Both the position numbers and the translations under genes were made by a program. This document shows, one piece after another, positions 55,650-64,000 of a stretch of DNA of 64,000 nucleotides. Origin of the DNA: Eledone cirrhosa. Its lineage: Eukaryota. The number at the start of each line of letters is the position of its first letter. Positions within the stretch are counted from its first letter, which is position 1. The notes under the pieces were generated by a model. It ran no database searches and had not been told where the DNA came from. It saw only the letters and a program-made list of their open reading frames with translations. The stretch lies in contig OZ024753.1 of NCBI GenBank assembly GCA_964016885.1, positions 17,670,001-17,734,000 of the forward strand. The letters are read 5' to 3'.

Positions 55650-55840
55650 TAATTGTTTCTGTTTTTGGTACAAGGCCAGCAATTATCCCAGTGTATTACT
55701 GGTACTTTATTTTATTGACCCCGTAAGGATGAAAGGCAAAGTTAACCTCGGCGGGATTTGAACTCAGAATGGCAAGGGCCGTAACTCTTTGCTGCAAAGC
55801 ATGGCGTCCGACCCTCTACCGATACTGCCATTCCATCGCC
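55650..55840 (-). mobile_element. tRNA-derived SINE, full copy
   Basis: Reverse complement of A box, B box, core and tail. Confidence 0.85.
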
Positions 55841-55861
55841 ATCTAATGATAATAGTAATAA

Positions 55862-56493
55862 CTAGCAGTGGTACCCGGCGTTGCACGGGATAAGGTATTT
55901 TGGAACGCGGGCCGCCAACAGAACTAATGGTGGAAAAACTGCATGCCCGCACAATATGTAAAGAAAATAAACCGAATACTCTGATGGCTGGATAATCTTT
56001 AAGATTTTCCTCGATGAAGCAAGAAAAAGGCAGGTTTAACCTAATGCGGGCCCTAGCGGATCAAGAAAATGAATTTTTTTTGAAATTTCGGGAAAATCGG
56101 TTAGACGTATTGCCTCAAAAAAGCCCTAAAAAGCTGAAAAATGAAGTTTTTCACTTAATTCGGGCCCTAGGCGAGAAATATTTGGATTTTCTTTGCTCAC
56201 GGTATGATGAAGAGACTGACTAATACATAGTTACAATTTCAAGGAAATCGGTCTGACGTAACGCCTCAAAAAAACACCTAAAAATCTGGAAAAAACGTAG
56301 TTTTTCACCTAATGCGGGCCCTAGGGATAAACAAGTTGAAATATAAGTAATACACATGTAAAGTTTGAAAAAGATAGGTTGGGTACTTCTCGGGTTTCAC
56401 ATACACACACATACACACATACACACATACATATATACATACATGCATACATACATACATTCTTCCTCAGTTTTATATATATACATATATAGA
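55862..56493 (-). mobile_element. Non-autonomous Helitron
   Basis: Minus strand A^TCTATAT 5' end; CCCGTGCAACGCCGGG hairpin, then CTAG^T; termini match the 15759-16743 element. Confidence 0.75.
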
Positions 56494-57049
56494 TTAAAAT
56501 AACAGATTAAAGTTTAAGAATCGTTGCTTTCACCCTTAACGGGATCTTCTGAAGCTAAAAACATCAATCTGTGAACTCAGAAGAAAATATTTCGAAAAAC
56601 GTTGCAAACAAAGGAAGACGATACTTTGGTTCGTGAAGACGTTCCCTGGCAATGAACGGATAATAGCGAACATAATACGTCATCAATGTTCATCATAATG
56701 TTGTAATGCAGACAGCCAGGCATACAGACAGATATTATAAGAGCACGACGGAGATGGATAACCGGCGCATAACACCCCTTTAACAACAGAAAATGGGAAA
56801 ATAAAAGCTGCAGTTAATATATTTAGACCACAAGGAATATATAAATGCAAGTTTGAAAGTCAATCGGAGTAGAAATATGGATTTGTATAGACTTTGCAAA
56901 ACTGAGGACACACACGCACACATATATCAATTTTATATATATATATATATATACGCACATACGCACACACGCACACACATACACTCACGCACACGCACAC
57001 GCACACACGCACACACACACACTATCAGTTTTATATATATAGATACATT

Positions 57050-57272
57050 TATGTTACGGCCCTTCCCATTCTGAGTTCAAATCCCTCTGTGCCAGAAGTA
57101 GAAACAATTATTAATATTATTATGCTTTCCAGCATAGTTACGTCCCTTTACGATCTGAGTTCAAATCCTGCAGAGGTTAACTTTGCCTTTCATCCTTACG
57201 GAGTTGATAAAATAAAGTACCAGTAATGTACTGGGTAATTGCTGGCCTTGTGCCTAAAGTAGAAACAATTAT
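57050..57272 (+). mobile_element. tRNA-derived SINE fragments
   Basis: B box, core and tail. Confidence 0.75.
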
Positions 57273-57437
57273 AAACATCTTTCTTCAATAAAATATCAAA
57301 GTTATGCTTGAGATCTGAGAGTTTTGGATGGAGAAATATATAGAGGACCGAGAGAGGGGGTAAATAGATAATTACTAACAATAAACATATATGGACATTA
57401 CACACACACCACATTAAATATATATATATATATATAG

Positions 57438-57742
<305 letters not shown>

Positions 57743-57833
57743 TATATATATATAAGCAATGAGTTCTATTCATATAGAACTCACAACATTAAGTCCTTGT
57801 CCGGATATGTCACTATCTGTTAACCAATTTTTG

Positions 57834-57894
57834 TATTTTATCTGATGAGTGCGTACCAAAATTTTGGTACCCTTGAAATATATATAATAGAATA
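57834..57894 (+). ncRNA. Type I hammerhead ribozyme in a PLE 3' fragment (~57756-57940)
   Basis: tattttat CTGATGA ..gtaccaaaattttggtac.. GAAA tatata TA atagaata. Confidence 0.8.
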
Positions 57895-57967
57895 AATATC
57901 GTTTTATAAAGATAGTTTCCATTTATTAATATTATTGCCACACACACCCACACACATATATATATAT

Positions 57968-58422
57968 GGAAAGTTATATTTAAATTGTTGGGTTACAACT
58001 AGTAAATATTTATAACTGATATAAAAGCACTCAACAAGTATTTGGAGTATATTTACGATATTGAATAAATGGAAACTATATTTATAAAACCATATTTATT
58101 TCATTATATATATTTCGGGGATATCATATTAACAATATGTTATGCCTTCCTCAGACAAAATACAATATAGACAGTTTTATAGATAAATAGATTTGACATA
58201 CCGTTCAACATCGACTTGTATTTGAAAAAGTTGATTTGGCAAATCAACTTTTTCAAATACAAGTCGATGTTGAACGGTATGTCAAATCTATTTATCTATA
58301 AAACTGTCTATATTGTATTTTGTCTGAGGAAGGCATAACATATTGTTAATATGATATCCCCGAAATATATATAATGAAATAAATATGGTTTTATAAATAT
58401 AGTTTCCATTTATTTAATATCG

Positions 58423-58424
<2 letters not shown>
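57968..58424 (-). mobile_element. PLE 3' end forming a 371-bp near-perfect palindrome (58054-58424) with an HHR in each arm, plus a one-sided tail
   Basis: Axis 58239. Plus-arm HHR 58316-58381: tattttgt CTGAGGA ..catatt gtt aatatg.. GAAA tatata TA atgaaata; mirror at 58097-58162; tail 57968-58053. Confidence 0.85.
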
Positions 58425-58498
<74 letters not shown>

Positions 58499-58702
58499 TC
58501 GTTTCTGAATTTGTTTAGCAAGATTCTTTATCTGAAATCGTGTGTTGAAACCGATATTGTTATACTTTGGGAGGGTCTGGTTGCCAATAAGAAACACACG
58601 CACCAGTTGCTTTCACTTCAATTTATTATAATAAATTTATAATAAATTTATAAATTTCTGGGTGGTTGGTTGGTTCCAGAACCAGATAGTTGTTTATATA
58701 TT

Positions 58703-58745
58703 GTCATAGTTCTTTCGTCACACACTCTGTGACCTCTTCAGTGAC
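58703..58745 (-). ncRNA. Minimal hammerhead ribozyme in 3' pLTR
   Basis: gtca CTGAAGA g gtcaca gagtg tgtgac GAAA gaac TA tgac on the minus strand. Confidence 0.75.
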
Positions 58746-58944
58746 TGGGGATTCCTTTCTTTGTTTTTGTGCCTCTCCTTTGTTCTGTACTACGCCATTT
58801 TGTTTCTGTGTGTGTGTTGTGTGCTCAGTCTGCGCATGCGCCACATCCGGGTGTCTGTGTGTTTATGTTCATTGATTTTTTTGTTTATTTAGATGTTACT
58901 GTTTGGTTGTTTGTTCTATGTGTGTGTGTATATTCATTTTGTCC

Positions 58945-61713
58945 TTAATTGTAAGTTGTGATGTTGCTGTTCCACTCATATTTTCTATTTAATTTTGGTT
59001 GTAATTCTTTTATGTTTATTGCCTCTGTGATTTGTCTAAACATTGCGTCTTTTCTGTGTGTAGATTCTATTCTTATTTCCATGTTCTCTAATTTACCCTT
59101 GTGTTCTATTTTAGCATGTTGGTAGAGTACAGATGATTCTTTACTATCTTGAAGGTCTTGCCAGTGTTCATTTATCCGTTTCCCTACACTACGAGCTGTC
59201 TCACCTATGTACACTATATTTTTGTCTCTACATTGTCCTTCAGTACATCTTATGCTATACACTACATTTCTAGTTTTACAGTTAATATGGGGGCTTATTT
59301 TACAGGTTATACATTTCTTGTCTATACATGAGGGTCTTTGAAAAGGGTATGTCTTGCTAATAAGTGTTTTTACGGAGGTACCTGGTCTTTCTACTATCTT
59401 AATATTGAGTTTATGTTTATCTAGTGCCCTTCTAAATTTGTAAGCTAATTCACCTCTAGGGGTTGTATCGATGAACATTACACTCTGGTATTTATTGCTA
59501 TCATACCATGAGTTTATTCTATTAGCCTTGTTCCTAGTTCTTTCTATTCTATTCCAGAATTTGCTCCTATACAAGGGGCAGGTCCCATTTATGTCATTAT
59601 TTACCATTTTTTCCCATTTGGTTCTGGCTCCTCTATACACTCTGATTTTATCTCTCTGATTGTAGCCAGAGAACTGCATACGGTGGATGAAGTGTTGTAT
59701 GTGTCTCTCTAGTTCTTCGGGGTTGCACATGCGGGACACGTTTCTCATCACCCGTACCAAATCTGCAATCAGTATGTTGATTTTGGTATGGTCCGAAACG
59801 GCCGAGTTTCGGTGGATCAGATGTTTGGAAGTCATGGGTTTGGCATAATGGGAATGGAGGATTTGTTTTTTGTTATTAATGGTATCTAACCAGAGCTCTG
59901 TGTCTAGTACAGGTAATCGATGGTTGGGGTGTTTACTTGGGTAGTCTATAGTAACTCTAATGCTCTGGTGGATGGAGTTAGCTATTTGCTGGATGCTTTC
60001 CATTGTGTTTTTCTCTAGTTCCTGACTGTTCTCTAGTGGGGGTGTCTTAACTACGATGTTTATATCATCAACGTAGCGGGAGTACATTATCAGGGTTAAG
60101 GGGTCTTCTAATTGTTGTTTAAGTTTAAGTCTACTGTCCCACCATACCATGAATAAGTTAGCTATGTCGCCTGCAATGCTAACACCAATGTCTGCTCCTT
60201 CCTCTTGGGCATATGTTTTTCCATTAACTTTAACCATATGTTCCTTAAGGGTTAGTTTTATGCTGGCCCCTACCGCATGTGCAATCATTTTCTTCAGTTA
60301 ATCGTGGTTTTCGAGTGTCCGTATGGCTCTGGTCCACCCGTTCCATCTATCTGTGTGGGTTTTCTTGGCCATTGAGGTAACGGTAGGTGGTCTGCCTCTT
60401 GCTGGTCTTGTAGGGCACAGGTTGCGAAGGTCATATGTGTCTAGGTAATTATTACTATAGGTAAGTTTAAGTAGGAGTCCCAGCTCACTGGTATCAATCC
60501 CACGGAACTCAACATTGCTCTCACCGATCATTTCTACGCATTTCTCCACAGCAAAATCCACGTCAATAGATGGATACAGGGACACAACATCCATACTACC
60601 TATTATGCAGTTTGTTAGGTCCCTAGATCGGTTACTCTCGCCGATTCTGCTGAGGAGGTCCTCCGTGCTGTCATATACATCTGGGGACATTTCAATGATG
60701 GGGCTTATGATCAGTCTGTAGTTACTAGCAATGTTAGCTCCACAGACTGGCCGTGTTGGTGGTCCCGCGACAGGGTCACTGCCCGTTTTATGGTCTTTTC
60801 GAAGCCCATACAACGCCGGCACGTCATTGTTCCAGGCCTGGAAGTTGTTGGCAGTCCTTTTGTTGGGCTGCATTATATTCGTCCACATCACCATATGGGC
60901 ATTGATGGCTTTTTCTCTATCCTCATGCTCCTGTGGTGTTACCTCTCTTGTGTTAGTGATGTGGGGTTGCATTGCCTGGATGTAGTTTGGCAGGCTGTCA
61001 ACCGACATTCTGCCAGACTTGTCTGTTGGAAAGCATGCTATCTCTCCATTACGCGAGCGCTGCATGAGCTTAAGCAAGCCATTTGCAGATTTTTCTCCCA
61101 GTTGCTCGGCCTCCATTCTATTATGATTCTTGCTATACTGTTCTATAATATTTCTAAGTTCGGATCTAGCTATACTAAATTGTGCTTCTGTTTGTTCATC
61201 GACCTGCGACGGCAATTGCGTGCGTTTGTTAAATGGTAAAGTCGTGGCGTGGACTCGTCGCAGGTCGAACGATTTATCGGAAGGATTATAAAAAGTAGAG
61301 TTCCACGCTGCTGCTTTATGTGTACTAGTGCTATTGTTATTGTTAGTTGTGTTGTTTCTATTTCTATTTCCACCAACAGCCTCATGGTTGTTTCTATGTC
61401 TCTCATAATTACTCCTGTCTCTTTCCACTGGCTCATTGTTGTTATCTACCCTATTTTGTGTGTCTGTGTGTTCGTCTTGGTTATTTTCTTTGTCCTTAGT
61501 CTCCCTTCTCCTTTTAATCCTATTACTTTCCCTTATTTCTGTGATTTCTGTGCTACTGTCATTACTTGTTTTCTGTGTCTGTGTGTTTGTTAAGATTGTG
61601 GTGGTGGTGAGAGGCATTGAATGTGTGTGTTGTTGTTGTTGATGTGTGTTGTTGTTGTCTCCGTGTGTGTTATTATTGTTGTGTGTTGTTATTGTTGTTT
61701 GTGTCTGCGTGTC

Positions 61714-61774
<61 letters not shown>

Positions 61775-62187
61775 GGGATGTGTGTTGTATATGTGTGTGC
61801 GTATATTGTTACTTTGTTTTTGTTTTTGAGGCTCCAGCGTAGTTTTGTAAATGATTTTTCTATTTCTGACAGACAACTAATCATATTTACCTTCTTGAAT
61901 GTCGCAAATCTCGGTGGTAGACGTAATACAGATAACTCATCGTCATCTATTACTGTATTGCCGTATATATTTGTGTTGTTGTTGTTGTTGAACTCATCTG
62001 TTAATGAGGTGTCGGCCATATTTATACCGTCAATTTTGTCGGGATATCTATTGGTATTCTCTACAGTATCCTGATTTAGCTTTATCTGCTTAAGCCACTT
62101 TAGTTTCTTGTTAAAGTGCTTATCACATTCTTGAGTAATGTACTGTTCTTCAGGACGTATAAGGCTTATAAATATTAGTTTCTCTCT
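58945..62187 (-). pseudogene. PLE RT + GIY-YIG ORF with one in-frame TAA (60298-60300), N-terminus lost
   Basis: PTDKSG, LYGLRKDHK, RPVCGA, SMDVVSLYPSI, EGADIG, RYVDDI, LPVLD, C..C..C linker, VVYSIRC, YIGETAR, R..EH, EA..I, LNRK.EW. The two ORF-track entries are in the same frame (..HD*LKKMIA..). Confidence 0.9.
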
Positions 62188-62269
62188 TGAGCACACAACA
62201 CACACACAGAAACAAAATGGCGTAGGACAGAACAAAGGAGAGGCACAAAAACAAAGAAAGGAATCCCCA

Positions 62270-62312
62270 GTCACTGAAGAGGTCACAGAGTGTGTGACGA
62301 AAGAACTATGAC
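62270..62312 (+). ncRNA. Minimal hammerhead ribozyme in inverted pLTR
   Basis: Identical motif: CTGAAGA 62274-62280, GAAA 62299-62302. Confidence 0.75.
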
Positions 62313-62453
62313 AATATATAAACAACTATCTGGTTGTGGAACCAACCAACCAACCAGAAATTTATAAATTTATTATAAATTTATTATAATAATTTGAAGT
62401 GAAAGCAACTGGTGCGTGTGTTTCTTATTGGCAACATGACCCTCCCAAAGTAT

Positions 62454-62530
<77 letters not shown>

Positions 62531-62822
62531 TGAAAGTGTGAGGCAGAGGCTAACAGAGAGAGTGACTGTTAGAGGGGGTAACAGGAAGTGAGAGATACAG
62601 AGAAAAGGGGAAGCAGTAAGAAAGAAACACATATATATATGTGTGTGTGTGCAGTAAACAACACAATATAATTTTTCCATTACCCAAGGTTTCACGAAGT
62701 CAGACGATACTAACAGAGGCATCTGAATTATAACTATATTGTGTTGTTTATTATATAATTAAATAGTTCTGTACTACACATAGAGCACTCGTCTTTCCTT
62801 TACCTTTTCGACGGTAATACTT

Positions 62823-62883
<61 letters not shown>

Positions 62884-62906
62884 GTATGTATATACATATA
62901 TATAGG

Positions 62907-63042
62907 TAAGTTATTCCGGGTTGAATCGGAGGTAACCACAGTAAGTAAGGAACTCAATACATAGCAGAGTATAACAGTTTTAATATAGATGAGATTCTAC
63001 AGAACTAGAACTGTTTCATTCTTTAGAAATCATCAGGAATCT
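62907..63042 (-). mobile_element. cag/ctg-family PLE 3' end, non-palindromic copy with complete HHR at 62992-63042
   Basis: Minus strand agattc CTGATGA tttctaaagaat GAAA cag ttctagtt ctg TA gaatct; tail as at 21231-21313. Confidence 0.8.
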
Positions 63043-64000
63043 GGCTTTCCAAAAATAAATGTAGTGGTATTTATATCTTTTCAGGTGGTAGGAGAGGGTG
63101 GGGAGTGGGAAGGGTGGAGGACATTGGTTGAAAGAAAAGGGAATTCAATAAAAGCTAATTCTTTAAGGCTATAGTTTATATTTAGAGTGACAAAGGCAGA
63201 AAGGAATCTATAAACAGGTTCAGAATGGGGTGTCACTCGTTATTTTTAAGTTTCTCTTAAGCTAACAATGCCTGAGAGATAGAGAGAATAGATACTTTTA
63301 CAATGTAAATATTGAAATAGGTGTAATTTCTATACCATGAACATCACTTATTTTAACCCAGCCACACAAGGGTGAATGATCTCAGCTACGTCCGTTCGGA
63401 GAAACTAATATCCCGCTCTCATTAGACCCTTTTCGGGCTAGTAAGGTCACAGTTTGTGAGGATCAATAAGAAGTTGCGACATCTGCTAATAGACTTTTGA
63501 TTCGGCAGGTTAAATCTGCCCTTCGTCATATCGCAGGCGGTAAACAATACCAGTCTTGGAATGGCATTGGTTATTTCTCTATCCCTCTTTCTCAAATCTT
63601 CTCTATCATTGTCCTTCTCCTTCTCCTTCTATAAAAGAAATAGTTTATTTTCAAACCTTTAAGGGGAATAATTGTCGGCAGGTTTAAAATACCCAAGATT
63701 CACTTCATTCCGGAGCCCCGCAGATTTCACCAAGATTTACAGGTCTATACTAGCAATAGGTCATTGTTAGGGTTGTCATTAACACTCTATACATTTGATG
63801 ATTTTCATTTTGTTCCATAACTTCAATTCCATTTCTCTCAATTCCATTTCTCACACAAGTTAAAAGCTCTTTCTAGATGATAATCTAAAGAACGACTTTT
63901 CTGATAATCCTAGAAATTGCGATTGTCAGCGTCGTTAGAACAACAGCTTATTGGATCAGATATTGTTCTTCAGATTTCTTCTGCGGTTCAAGACTCCCTA

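Larger units (their letters stand above)
58496..62461 (-). mobile_element. 5'-truncated Penelope-like retroelement (non-Naiad clade, possibly Nematis-like) with inverted pLTR
   Basis: 62188-62461 is the reverse complement of 58554-58827; the 58-bp tail 58496-58553 is only at the 3' end; (TA)n on both flanks. Confidence 0.9.

Noticed and set aside
56577-56790. Possible minus-strand host exon after a pyrimidine tract
   Set aside because: No recognisable protein in any frame and a weak donor; cannot be supported.
58690-58875. 61-aa ORF MFIYCHSS.. and the identical N-terminus of the 675-aa ORF
   Set aside because: Antisense reading of the pLTR/hammerhead; non-ATG start; explained by the inverted duplication.

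Overview
AT-rich, microsatellite-dense animal genomic DNA with no recognisable host gene. The SINE and repeat content suggests an invertebrate such as a cephalopod (inference only). The window is dominated by Penelope-like retroelements (PLEs). (i) A head-to-tail tandem of a ~6.1-kb Naiad-type PLE: the second copy has an intact 813-aa RT + GIY-YIG ORF, and each copy ends in a type I hammerhead ribozyme (HHR) with a very long stem II. (ii) A 5'-truncated PLE of a different clade at 58.5-62.5 kb with one nonsense codon and an inverted pLTR. (iii) Short PLE 3' ends of many different families, almost all sitting in (TA)n tracts. More than a dozen HHR cores can be read by eye, and many of these ends are fold-back palindromes whose symmetry axis falls at or near a ribozyme hairpin. 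Also present: a 16-unit AAAACTGGGTTTT/(TA)n array, decayed L1/Tx1, R4/Dong, CRE, RTE and CR1 LINE pieces, many tRNA-derived SINEs, two non-autonomous Helitrons, Tc1/mariner/pogo-type MITEs, 30-bp and 48-bp satellites, and a 200-N gap. Most ORF-track entries are microsatellite artefacts. All folds and family assignments were made by eye; no searches were run.
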